Shown one piece after another: positions 26,677-39,079 of a stretch of DNA of 64,000 bases. The position numbers and the translations under genes are program-made. The notes under the pieces were generated by a model. The model had not been told where the DNA came from. It ran no database searches and saw nothing but the letters and a program-made list of their open reading frames with translations. Source of the stretch: Octopus vulgaris (taxonomy: Eukaryota); assembly GCA_951406725.2 (NCBI GenBank), contig OX597819.1:75516001-75580000 (forward strand). The letters run 5' to 3'. Numbering within the stretch: the first letter of the stretch is position 1; each line of letters opens with the position of its first letter.

Positions 26677-28608
26677 AGGCATCATTGACCACAAAGAGAA
26701 AAATATGGCCGGAAATTCATCCATGATTGTTTGAAAGTTACGAACCGATACATCTTAGCCGTACATTTTTCTTTTCCCGTGGTGAAGGGCTGTGGACGAA
26801 AGAGGATCTGAACCGGTGGTTTCACTGTCTTTCTATCGTGGATTGCAAATTGTTTAATTCTCTCCACCACAGCTAACACGCCCTACGTTGGTATCTCAAC
26901 TGGATACCACAAAGGTGACTCCTACCATTCACTCTGCTGTGCATCGTCTGCATTGCTAGGCGTCAGTTAAGTGAGCGTTGTGAATTCGATGATTCAACAG
27001 TCGATATCGAAGAACTTAACAGTTCGATTTTTCTTTTTTTCTTCTTTCGTTTTCATGCTACAAGCCTGAAATACAGCCATTATTTCGTAGATATTAAACA
27101 TTTTTCGCCAAGTGAAGCCTTGAAGCCTTTGTTTAATAAAAAACAAAACAAAAACAGAAACGGGCTATATCGAACTTATGAGAAGCTAGCTATTATATCC
27201 TAAGATTTCAAAAATGCTTTGTTATTTCATGTATAAAATAACAAATATCCGAGAAGAAACCGTGACAATCATTGCGGCATATCAGCTTTATCAATTGCAT
27301 AAAAAATTACATCTGGTCATCATGAAGCAAAAGAAAAATAGAATGGATATCATTTTGTCTTCTCTATTTTTCCTGAGTCACAATGTAAGAGCGTTGGGTT
27401 AAAAGCCTCTGATATTTTTGCACTGAAGCATTTTCAGAAGTGTTGAATGCTAAACCGTGACTTAAAGGCGTTTACAGAAGTACCATAAGTAAACCTGAGT
27501 ATTAGCCATTTAGCAATGCTTGGCGTTTGAAGCTATCATGGCGACCGAAAGAGTGGCAAGTGTGGAACAAGTTTTTATCACTTAAATCCAATGATGTACA
27601 GGTGTCTTTCTGTCATTGTAGACCTCATCATTGTCTTTCTGTATTTGTAGACCACATCATGTTCCTCCCATTCTATAAACAAGAATACCGTCGACACAGT
27701 ATTCGTAGAGAGAGTACTGACCTTGGTTTCTGAGAAGGGATTATGGCACAGATTGCACAGATACCGTTCTTTTTGAAGGTTTAGTCAAACGAATAAAGAC
27801 GGCATCCATAAACATTCTCTGGGCCTCCAAAGTTGGTGAGAATGAGGGATAAAATTATCACCAGACCGAAAACTTAGCGTAAAGGTTTGCAAAAGAGCGA
27901 ACTTCGCTGAAAGAACTCATAGGTCAGTGGTGTTAAAAGGGGGAAACCGATTAAATCTACAGGAAGTTCCATTCAACGCGAATTCCCACCTATTAAACTT
28001 CACTCACAAGGTTTTGATCGATTCGAGACTATGGTAGAGGTTTTATCATGTTTTTACCATTGCCTTTCATTTAAACTTTAACTACACACCTGTATGCATA
28101 TCAGGACTTATTTTGTAATGTAAATTTGATTTACAAACGCAATACAGACACACATAGAAACTTACATACCATATTTGAATCCTTCTACATATTCGCACCT
28201 ATATACATTATAATGCACACAGTACAGACATTATATGTACACACATATAGATACAAGCAGCACATAGCTTCATAGCTCACACACACACACACACTCACTC
28301 ACAGAGACATGTGAATATAAATGAAAGTACAGAATACAGATACAGGAAGATATGCATTCAGAGCTATATATCTGTAGGCGCAAATACACATACCAAGAAC
28401 ATACGCATATTTAGCCATCCGTTACTCTGTCCATACTTGCATATACAAACACTTAATATAATTTTTATGATACATAACATAGCATGTCTATAATCTAATA
28501 TACATATGCTAAACATTACACGTAGTTATATTGTATATACTATATCTGAGTGCATTAACAATATACGTATATATACTAATACATGCATCAGTACATACAT
28601 AATATATA

Positions 28609-28639
<31 letters not shown>

Positions 28640-29196
28640 TGTATGTATGTATGTATGTATGTATGTATGTATGTATGTATATATATATATTTATGCATAT
28701 GCGCATATATAGTATATATAATATACAATACTGCACATATATATATGCATATACAATACACAATACTGTATACATACATTTTATGTATGTATGTATAGAT
28801 GTATGTATGTGTCTGTGTGCGTTTGCGTATGTGTTTAGCTAACAATGCCTTATTAAATATGCTACAATTACTTCTATAAAGGGAATGATGAAAGGAATTA
28901 CATGGAAGGAAGTGATGAATATTTAAACATTGCTTCCATATAATTGTCAACTCTTGTGAAGAATTATGGAATCGTCTCGGTTACAAATCTCATTTAAACT
29001 CGTTAAACAGCGTAAATTATACGTTTGTAAACAGTTGAGAGGCATTAGCAAAAACATCTGCCTATAATTTCAAATAAAGAATCAGAAGTGTTACATATAC
29101 AGATAAACAGATAATCACACACACAGACACACGGACACACACACACACACACATACACACACAAAGACACGCACAGACACATACACACATACAAAT

Positions 29197-29242
<46 letters not shown>

Positions 29243-29535
29243 GAATGAGTGAGAGAATGAATTTCAACCGAGTGATTGTTGTAATCAAGAGTATAAAAGA
29301 ATTCCCCGGAACAGAGTTGGTAGATTCGGTTTATTGCTTCACTACCGCATAGTCCGATGTTTCAACTCACGTAGAAAGGATTTTGATATAGCTGGCCATG
29401 TTTTAGCGAAAAAATCCTATGCATGCATGTATGTATGTATGTATGTATGTATGTATGTATGTATGTATGTATGTATGTATGCATGTATCTACACATTCAA
29501 ACACACACATACACACAAACGCACGCACGCACACG

Positions 29536-29591
<56 letters not shown>

Positions 29592-29869
29592 ACGGGCTAG
29601 TGTCGTAACAGTGTCCACACGTAGCTAATGTCTTACCGGTTTTATTTTTAGTTGCCATTATACTTTGGACCGGTGCCAATCCAGTTCTTGTTATTGAAAC
29701 GTTTATCAAGAATGGCGTACGGCTCAGTGGTTAGAGCATCGGGCTTGCGATTGTGAGGTTGTGAGTTCGATTCCTTTAGACAACATCGGTGGCGTGGAAA
29801 CGGGAGGCTGGTATGCACGGGAACATTCTAAGTTCTTCCCCCTTTACACACACGCGTATATATATCCTT

Positions 29870-30692
29870 TATTCTTTTAGTCATTTGACTGCGGTCATAC
29901 TTGAACACCGTCTTTAGTCGAACAAATCGATCCTAGTACTTATTCTTTGTAAGCCTAGTACTTAAGTACCATTAAGTTACGGGGACGTAAACACACCAAC
30001 ATCGGTTGTCAAGCGATGGTGGGGGGAGAAACACAGACACAAATACATACATACATACACACACATATATACATATACATACGACGGGCTACTTTCAGTT
30101 TCCGCCTACCAAATCCACTCGCAAGGTTTTAGTAGGCCCGAGGCTATAGTAGGAGACACTTATCGAAGGTGTCACGCAGTGGGACTGAACCCGGAACCGT
30201 GTGGTTGGGAAGCAAACTTCTTAGCACACAGCCACTCCTCCTTCTTATTTCTTTATTGCCCACAAGGGGCTACACACAGAGGGAACAAACAATGGCAAAC
30301 GGATTAAGTCGATTATATCGACCCCAGTGCGTAACTGGTACTTATTTGATCGACCCCGAAAGGATGAAAGGTAAAGTCGACTTCGGCGGAATTGAACTCA
30401 GAACGTAGCGGCAAACGAAATACCTATTTCTTTATTACCCACAAGGGGCTAAACACAGAGGGGACAAACAAGGACAGACATAGGTATTAAGTCGATTACA
30501 TCGACCCCAGTGCGTAACTGGTGCTTAATTTATCGACCCCGAAAGGATGAAAGGCAAAGTCGACCTCGGCGGAATTTGAACTCAGAACGTAACGGCAAAC
30601 GAAATACCGCTAAGTATTTCGCCCGGCAAGCTAACATTTCTGCCAGCTCGCCGCCACTCCTGTTTCTTACCACACAACCACTCTTGCGCCTA
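29870..30692 (-). mobile_element. SINE A with two nested SINE B copies in its head
   Basis: A body 29870-30240; B copies at about 30245-30425 and 30425-30655; remainder of the A head (CTTACCACACAACCACTCTTGCGCC) at 30665-30692. Confidence 0.85.
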
Positions 30693-30699
30693 AATATGT

Positions 30700-30960
30700 A
30701 ATTAAAAAAAATGGAGAAAAAAGACAAGAAAAAACAACAAATCAAGGACACCTGCAAAGTATTAATAAGAAGTTCAAAGAAGGAAAGAGTGATTTTTTGG
30801 GGTTTGGAGCAAAGCTCTTCTTCGGAAACAAGAGACAAAGGAAACTCCAAAGGAAAAAGAAGGAGGAAAAATCGCCAATAGTCCACGTGTAGTTGCATTT
30901 TAAAAATGACTGGAAGTAGATGGACAAAGAGAAAGTGCATTCCGGGACAGGAGAGTGTGA
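30700..30960 (-). mobile_element. pLTR-like family P1, older copy with decayed hammerhead
   Basis: Minus strand TGTTT-CCGAAGA-A-GAGC-ttt-GCTC-CAAAC, matching the 15652 and 44705 motif and its flanks. Confidence 0.6.
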
Positions 30961-31857
30961 AGAATGGTTGGTATTTGTGTGTATGTGTGTGTGTGTGTGT
31001 GTCTATGCATGTGTGTGGTGGCATGTGCATGTGTGTGATAGCGTGTGTGCATGGTAGCATATGTGTGTGTGGCAGTAACTGAGTGTGTGTGTGTGTGTAC
31101 GTGGTAGCGTGTATGCATGTGGTGGTGGTGGCATGTGTGCGTGTATGTAATAGCGTGTGTGTGGATGGTAGTGTGTGTGTGGGAGTAATTTGTGTGTGTG
31201 TGTGTGTGGTGGTAACTATGTGCGTGTGTGCATGTGGTGGTAACTCTATGTATGAGTGTGCATGTAGTGGTAACTCTGGGTGTGTGTGTGTGGTGTGTGG
31301 TATTAACTGTTTACATGTGTTTGTGTTGTGTGAGTGGTCTGTATGTGTTAATGTCGTAGTGAGAGATCAGCAGCTATAGTGACAGGTTTGTGTATGGGTG
31401 GTTGTGGCAGTGTGTGTGTGTATGTGTGTTTTTGCACGTATGCGTATATGGGATGGTCAGTAGTGAGTCGGGGCAGTTTGAAGGTGTCTGAGAATCAATC
31501 TGAAGGGTGTGTGAATGGGTGGGTGCGGATGTGTGTGTGTGTTGGCATGTGTACGTAGATGGAGTGGGATTGTGTGTATGTGTGTGTGTGTGTGTGTGAA
31601 CGTGTGCATGGGTGCGCGCGTGTGTGTTCCACTCTCTCTCTGTGTCACTCTGTATGTCTCTGTCTCTGTATATATATGCGTATGTATTCGTGTGTGCGTG
31701 TGGGGATGTGTGCGTGTTTGTGCGTTTGAGTGAGTGCGAAAGTGTATGTACATGTGTGTATATATGTGTGCGCATGTATGTGTGTGTGGAGGGTTGTGTG
31801 TGTGGATGGTTTTGTGTGTGAAGGGTTGTGTGAGTGGTGGGTTGTGTGTGTATGTGG

Positions 31858-31888
<31 letters not shown>

Positions 31889-32268
31889 TGTATGTGTGTA
31901 TAAAAACACACACATACACGAGTATATATTTAAGTACAGAGGAGATTTGGCTGTTAATAGTGAAAATCGTCATTGTAGTTTCGCTTTTTCTAAAAATCAT
32001 CGAGGAATCTTCTCACCTATCAACCACGGAAATTAGGAAAAATAGAATGTTCATATGTGGAATGTTTATGGTAGTAAGTTTGCTGACTCAAGTCATATGA
32101 GGGATTGAACCATGTCAACAACTATAAACCACTAGTACAACTAACACCAATATTCTGCCATCGTCACCACTACAACAACCACAAGACAGCGAGAAATAGC
32201 GACCAAAATCCCTTTCAAATCACTCTCAAACTTGACTTGGGTGGAATTTGAGCTCTGAACGTTTAGTC

Positions 32269-32973
32269 CACTGGTTCTCAACCGAGGTTCATAAGATCCC
32301 TGTGAGTTCATATAAGATTTTTGGAGGTCCACGTAACAAATTGGTAAATTGAGGATCCACCATAGTATTTAAGGGTCCCTGAAAAAAATTGCTTCAGATG
32401 TATGTATGGGCATATATTGCAAGAAACAGCTAGGTTTCATTCTCTAACATTTTAACATAGTTCAACCTACACAAGTTAATGTGTGAAAAACAAAATAGGA
32501 ATTTTGAAAAGGAAAAGAGCAAAGACCCCCTTTGGTCACGAATGACCATGGAATTTCACCTAGGAATTTACCCTCCGAGGTACGACTCCGAGCAAGGTTG
32601 GTTTATGGAAAACTAGCCGTCGTCCATGCATACCACCTCCCTCTCCCTACGCCACTGATGTTGTCCAAGGGAAAGACAAAGACTGGCTCAGCTTGGTACC
32701 ACTGACGTCGCAACTCAGTTCTACAGCTGACTGTATTGAAACAATGTGAAATAAAGTGTCTTGCTCAAGAACACAATACACATCCCGGTCCGGGGATCGA
32801 ACTCACTATCCAGTAATTGTGAACCCGATGTTCTAACTACTGAGCCATTGACCTTTCAATTTTGAAAGAAGTAACTCCAAAACTAGTTTTTAAACATTAA
32901 ATGGTTATGGGGGTCCACCAGAATGAAACAGTAATCAATTTTCTATAGAGAAAAAAGTGATTGAGAACACCTG
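32269..32973. mobile_element. hAT/Charlie-like MITE, carrying a SINE C and splitting a SINE B
   Basis: Ends CACTGGTTCTCAACC and GATTGAGAACACCTG. SINE B halves rejoin across it (GAATTTGAGCTCTGAACG | GAAATGATTCTTAGCATTTTGTCCG). Related piece at about 5575-5745. Confidence 0.65.
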
Positions 32974-33209
32974 GGAAGAAATGATTCTTAGCATTTTGTC
33001 CGACGTGCTAACGATTCTACCAGCACGCCGCTTCACCATTAATTTCGATAAGAAAAATATAAAAATGCAGACTAAAACATCAAAACAAAACAAAGCAAAA
33101 AATGAAACAGTAATGACATTATTACCAGCACCACCATCACAGATACTTCACCTCCATTGTCCTTGTTTGACCCCTCTATGTTTAACCCCTTGTGGGCAAT
33201 AAAGAAATT

Positions 33210-34200
33210 AGATACTTCACCACCATCGCCGACACCTATATCACTAAGACTACTTCACTGCTACTATCACCACATCCACTGGCAGCAGTAGCAGTACCCT
33301 TACCACCACCACTGCGACAAACACAACAATCGTCACCATTGCCACCATAGGTCAACTCCATCGGTGCTGACCTGGAACTAAGCAACGACAACAAAAACGA
33401 AAACAATCGTAACAATTGCAACATTGTAAAATGACACAAAATTATGAGCAATTCTTATTAAAATATATTTAAATCATGCAGAAATGCCAAAATAACTATC
33501 TCCCACGAGATAATCATAAACATACCGCCATCATCATCCTCTCCATCGTCGTCATCGTCTTCATCGTCGTCTTTGTCATCGTCTTTGTCATCGTCGTCGT
33601 CGTCGTCATCATCATCATCATCATGACCACTGCTGCCGCCGTCGTCGCCACGGCCGACTACCACTACCATCAGGATCACTGCTACCACCACCACCACCAT
33701 CACCATCATAATCATCACGCACAACAACAACAACAATAACAATAACAACAGCAACAACTACTCACCACAACTACAGAAACAACAACGGCTTTAAAAAACG
33801 TTAACAAAAATAACTATAACAGAAACCATCCTTACCACCACCATCATCCTCACCACCACTACTTCCGCCAAAACCACCACCATCACCACCACCACCACCA
33901 CCAGTACCATCACCAGTACCAGCGGCTCCACCGCCACCACTACATCAACCACCACCACCACCACCACCACCATCACCACCAGCACTTCTGTATCAACACC
34001 TCTTGCGTCGTTCTCACTCAACCTCCACCATCAACACCCTCACAGCTCATAATGGTTCTCATGGCAATGTTAATGTGTTAGGAATAAGAAAGTGACAGGC
34101 CATTATAAATCATGCTACGTGTACCATAACTGTTAAATCTTCACAACCTTCTTAATCGATATCACCATTACCATCATTATCATCATTGTTTCCGCGAATC
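33210..34200. repeat. Compound trinucleotide low-complexity tract (CAC/CAT/CGT/CAA)
   Basis: Runs of (CAT)n, (CGT)n, (CAC)n and (CAA)n; stop codons in all long frames. Confidence 0.9.
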
Positions 34201-34291
34201 CTCTCTCCCGCCACAACCACTATGTATGCAAGTATAGTATGAATATACCTTTGCTTATAAGCATGGAAGAATGCATCTATGTATGTGTGTT

Positions 34292-34388
<97 letters not shown>

Positions 34389-34495
34389 GTAGATCTCATA
34401 AGTTACATCTTAATTTGTCTAATCGAGGGCATTTATTCAGTGAAAAATATGTGCATTTTAGCCTTATATTAACCTTCGCGGACATCTAAATATTA

Positions 34496-34709
34496 GCTTC
34501 AAGTTTTGGAACAAGGCCAGCAGTTTTGTGGGAGGGGCTGAGTCGATTAAATGGACCCCAGTGCTGAACTAGTAATTCTTTTATCGATCTCGAAAGAACG
34601 GAAGACAGAGTCGATTCCAGCGGAATATGAACTCAGAACGCAAAGACTGACGAAATGCCGCCAAGCATTTTGCCAGACGTGCTAACGACTCTACTAGCTC
34701 ACCACCTTA
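34496..34709 (-). mobile_element. SINE family B with 16-bp TSD
   Basis: TSD GGACATCTAAATATTA at 34480-34495 and 34710-34725. Confidence 0.88.
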
Positions 34710-35199
34710 GGACATCTAAATATTACAGTAATTAATCGTTTCTTCAACCAATCTAGAAAGACAGAGTCCGCTGTGAGGTTTTACTATGTGGGGTTGAATG
34801 TAAAGCGATTAAGGAGCACAAGGATAAAAAGGAAAAAAAAAACTGTGTCGGTTTAAATCGAGCAGCAAAAGATCTCGTGTTACCGAAGTAGAGATAATAC
34901 CGCCAGATTGGTATAACAGGGAAAGTATTAAAAGAAGAGAGTTAAAATATCTGGGAACAATTTAGTAACTTGGCATGTGTGGATACCATAAAGCACATCA
35001 CAGCTTGTCTATTCAATCAGGGTTACTATACAACAAGTCGGTTGAGACTACGACCATTTTCTACCAGAAGTATGTGAAGGAAAAGACATGACCCTCGAAT
35101 GTATCCATTAAATAAAAATATACGTTCTAACTGTAGCTTTTGGCTTTCGTGTCCTCTATTGAACGTTTGATGGCGTATTGTAAAGTTCAGGAACTCCTT

Positions 35200-35820
35200 A
35201 GGATGGGTGCTTAATCGGTAGAGACCTCTAGTGTCTTACTTACCGTTTGTCGTGCTCATTAATTTTCTTGTTTTGCACCCTTTTTCTTTTTCTAGTGTTT
35301 TCCCACCTCACTTCAGTCAGGATCTCCTTTCCATCGCCACATGACGCCGGAGTGGTACTGACTGTTGAAGACTTTGGCTAGTTCTATACTTGAGGTTTCT
35401 CTGTCATCGTTTGCAGCTTGTATTTGTGGGCTTTTGAGAATAAGGCGATTTCCCTCACTTTACATAAGGAGATTTCCCTTGCTTTACGTAAGGAGATTTC
35501 TCCCGCTTTCCGTAGTGTTCTAGCAACAGCGGTTGTAGCCGCAGCCTTCGATTTTAAGACCTGGTGTTGTTATATCGGTCTAGCTTTCGATGCACTGCTA
35601 TATATTTTTCTTCTGCTTTTCCTATCCTTCTAGTCAGAGAGCCACCAAGTTCCCTGTGCTCCCAGTCTTAGTGACTTTTTCTCCGCTCCCCCCATAGCGT
35701 ATAACTCCAGTGTGGTCATGTGATCTTCGAGAGTCATTACAACGTGGATATCCGATCAGGCTCCACCCCACTTTTGGTTGATGTGGATCACCAACAACTC
35801 ACCAAACGTCCGTAGTTTCT
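35200..35820 (-). pseudogene. Decayed LINE ORF1-like remnant (Tx1/L1-type)
   Basis: Minus strand GSTGNLVAL resembles a CCHC knuckle, followed by a K/E/A-rich tail; resembles 41050-41700. Confidence 0.3.
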
Positions 35821-35942
35821 GTGCCCTATGTGAAGTGAAACAGAATTATACTTACATGAGTGGTACATCAGCTCTATATATCTTTTATGAAATATACAGA
35901 TATGTATGTATGTATGTATATAGATACATACATATGTATATA

Positions 35943-36483
35943 TCTATAGTATAAATCCCGTTCTGTGTGTGTGTGTGTGTGCGTTTGTGTGCGCGTATGT
36001 GTGTAAAAGATTATAACGGCCGTATTTTTCAACTGATTTTCTCCAAACTGGGAACATACATTACTTATGTTCCAGAGATGGTTTTAGACTCTTAAAATGT
36101 TTTACATAATGAGTAACGGGGCTACTGGGGGTAGAAAACATCCACTCCTGGGTTACGTGGAGAAAGGAGGTAACTCTTTGCGAAGTAACTTTCAGAAATT
36201 GATTGTTTCCCTTACATCTATCGGTCAAAAAAATTATCACAATCTCATCTAATATATGAAATAGAGATATGTGTGAATTCGCTTTTCATGCGAAAACGGC
36301 TTCACTAATTGCTTCCATATTTGTGAATAATTTGATCTCAGACACATATTAGGCTCTTCCTTTGATTTTTTAAAATTAAAAATAAAACTTATTGCTTTTT
36401 ATATTAGATTCATGTCAGTGAATCTCTCTATATTTCTCTATCCATCTCTATCTCTATATGTTCTCTCTGTACCTACTTGTCTG

Positions 36484-36560
<77 letters not shown>

Positions 36561-37892
36561 TTTATTTATTTAACTAGCTAGCTACCTCTGTCTCCCCCTA
36601 TATCTATATCTCACTTACTCTCTATTGTTTTCACTTTCAATTTTCAGACGCTATTGTTTTCATCTTAAGCTCAATCGCTATTGTTTTTTACCGTAAGTTT
36701 TCAATCGCTGTTTACAAACAACAACGACAAATTGCTGACAGAAAGAAGTTCACAATTACTGATGAAAGTAATTTCATACATAATTTACTGACAGAAGTAA
36801 CTTCATAAATTTCACTTCAATCCGTACACTTCGTTAAATTTGCCTACACATTTCTTATTTATTTTTGTAACGTTTTGTGTTTTTTTGTTGATGATGGAAT
36901 AATTGATAAAAGTAAGTTCATAATTTACTGACAGAAGTAACTTTAAAAATTTCACTTAAATCCGTACACTTAGTTAATTTCCCTAAAAAATCATTGCAAC
37001 AATTTTGCAACAATTTTGTGTTTTTCTGTTGTTAACGGCATTTTTATGGTTCCTTCGATACTGGCTCTTTAGTTCATTAAGTGACAAATTTGGCTTTAAA
37101 CCGAACAATTCTTTATTTTCCGTAAAAATGTCTTATTTGCTTTTTGCCCATCGTATTAAGTAATATAATTTCCGTTACTCAGTTATTTTTATTGCTTACT
37201 ATCTTCTGCAACCGTATCTTTCTGTATACGTACATAATCATGCCCAGAAGGAAATTGTTAAATTTGTATACAATGTCAAGGTCAGCGAAAAGAATGTCTC
37301 TGTCCAGGGAAAGAAAGACAGCTGCAGAAAGGGAAGCATATCAAGAAAAGAACATATTCTGCACGGCTGACAAGGAATAGGATCTCCACTGCAGAACGAA
37401 GAGCAGTTGCAACAGCTCAGAGAAGCAACTTCTATAAAGCAGCTTTCAATTATGATCCAGCAGTTCATTATGCAGATAACACTAGAGTTTCCATTGGTAC
37501 AATGACAAATAAGTGCATACATTGTAAAGCAAGGAAGTGGCCTGAAGAGACACCTGCACTGTGCTGCAGTGGTGGAAAGCTTAGACCCAACCTCCAGAGC
37601 TACTGAAGAAACTGTTGTCTTTAACTAACCAAGATTGCAAGCACTTCCAAAACAAAATTAGACAGTACAACGCTGCACTACAGATGACATCATTTGGAGC
37701 CACAAGAGATTTAACTGAGCCAGGATTCATGCAAACTTTCAAGATCCAAGGTCAGATTTATCATCTGATTGGCTCTCTACTACCTCTGTCAGATGGATCA
37801 CCAAAATCGGCCTTTCATTGCTTATAACCTGTACCTGTTCTTTGGTTACGAAATAAGGTGCACAAAACGTGTTTTTGAATAACATGTATTTT

Positions 37893-37949
<57 letters not shown>

Positions 37950-38132
37950 AATTGAAAAATTTCTTTTAATATTTCACTTAACGTCTATGCTCCATGCTGG
38001 CATGGGTTGGAGAGTAACTAATGTAGAAAGTTGGTATCGCAGCAACTAGCAGTTGAGACCTGCGTAATCTAGACGACGTTTGAAAATTTCATTATTCTCC
38101 TTAACTCGAGCAACGCCAGGTATTTCTACTAG
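35943..38132 (+). mobile_element. Internally deleted Helitron with both termini
   Basis: A|TCTATAGTATAAATCCCGTTCTGTG 5' end; 3' ACTCGAGCAACGCCAGGT hairpin then CTAG|T; RepHel N-terminal coding remnant inside. Confidence 0.85.
37240..37806 (+). pseudogene. Helitron RepHel N-terminal region (frameshifted)
   Basis: AAFNYDP..IGTMTNKCIHCKARKWPEETPALCCSGGK..KIRQYNAALQMTSFGA..TFKIQGQIYHLIGSLLP, typical of Helitron N-terminal and zinc-finger regions. Confidence 0.92.
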
Positions 38133-39079
38133 TGGGTGTATATATATATATCGAGAGATTGAAAAAAGAGAGAGAGACAGAGAGAAGGAGAGAAAGAGGG
38201 AGACAAAAAGAGAGAACGAGAGTGTATGTACGTGTGCATATATATTTAAATGGTTGTGAGGAAAACAGATGTGACCAATTGTATTCGATATTTGTATTCA
38301 CTGTCTATTTATGTGTGAATGTATATAGAAATATATAAACAAAAAAATGTTTTTGTAATGAGAAACGTGTATTTTTCTATGAACAGAAATTGATTTTGTA
38401 GCTTAAAAATCTTAAATGTGAAATAGGCAATTCTATGTTAGAATTCTCAATGGCCTTTATTTAAACGCAATAGATAAACCAACAAAACAATAAAGTCGTC
38501 GTTTTTACGAATAAATGTTGAATCCATTTTATTCCCCCTCTATCTGTACATCACTCAAGTACTTAAAAAAAGTTTGTCTTATTCATTTAAAACAAATTTG
38601 TTTGTTATTTTCTAAATATATGTCTGATTAGTTTGTTGGCAAAAGAATACGACCAATCATATCCTGTATTGGTATTAACAACATTCAGAATGTGTCGTCT
38701 GCATATGTTTGATACACCAGACACACCAGACTTGACTACAGTACTCTACTTTTCAGGCTTGCACACAACTAGCTTTTTTAACTCGCAACTATAAATATTA
38801 GAATTTAAAGGTAAGAAATTTATTGAATATCAACTGATATTGAATATCAGTTTATAATATTAAATTGTCAAGTGAGTAAGTTAAAACCGGTCTGCAGGCA
38901 ATCTTTAAAAATATATTCTCATTTAGTGATACTTTCTAACATAATCTTCAAGGTTTAAAAGAAAATTGTGCTACTTTTTATGAAATCTATCTGGAAACCC
39001 CGCAGCAGTCAGCGAAATTTCGTAAATGTCTGTAAAATGGTAATCTTTATTTTCTTTTGTTACACACAGACATACATAC

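Noticed and set aside
29714-29775. tRNA-like sequence
   Set aside because: A and B boxes are present but no acceptor stem; it is a SINE head. The same applies at 6980-7050 and 22755-22822.
33458-34021. Acidic, poly-His or poly-Thr protein-like ORFs
   Set aside because: Compound trinucleotide repeats without unique flanking coding sequence.
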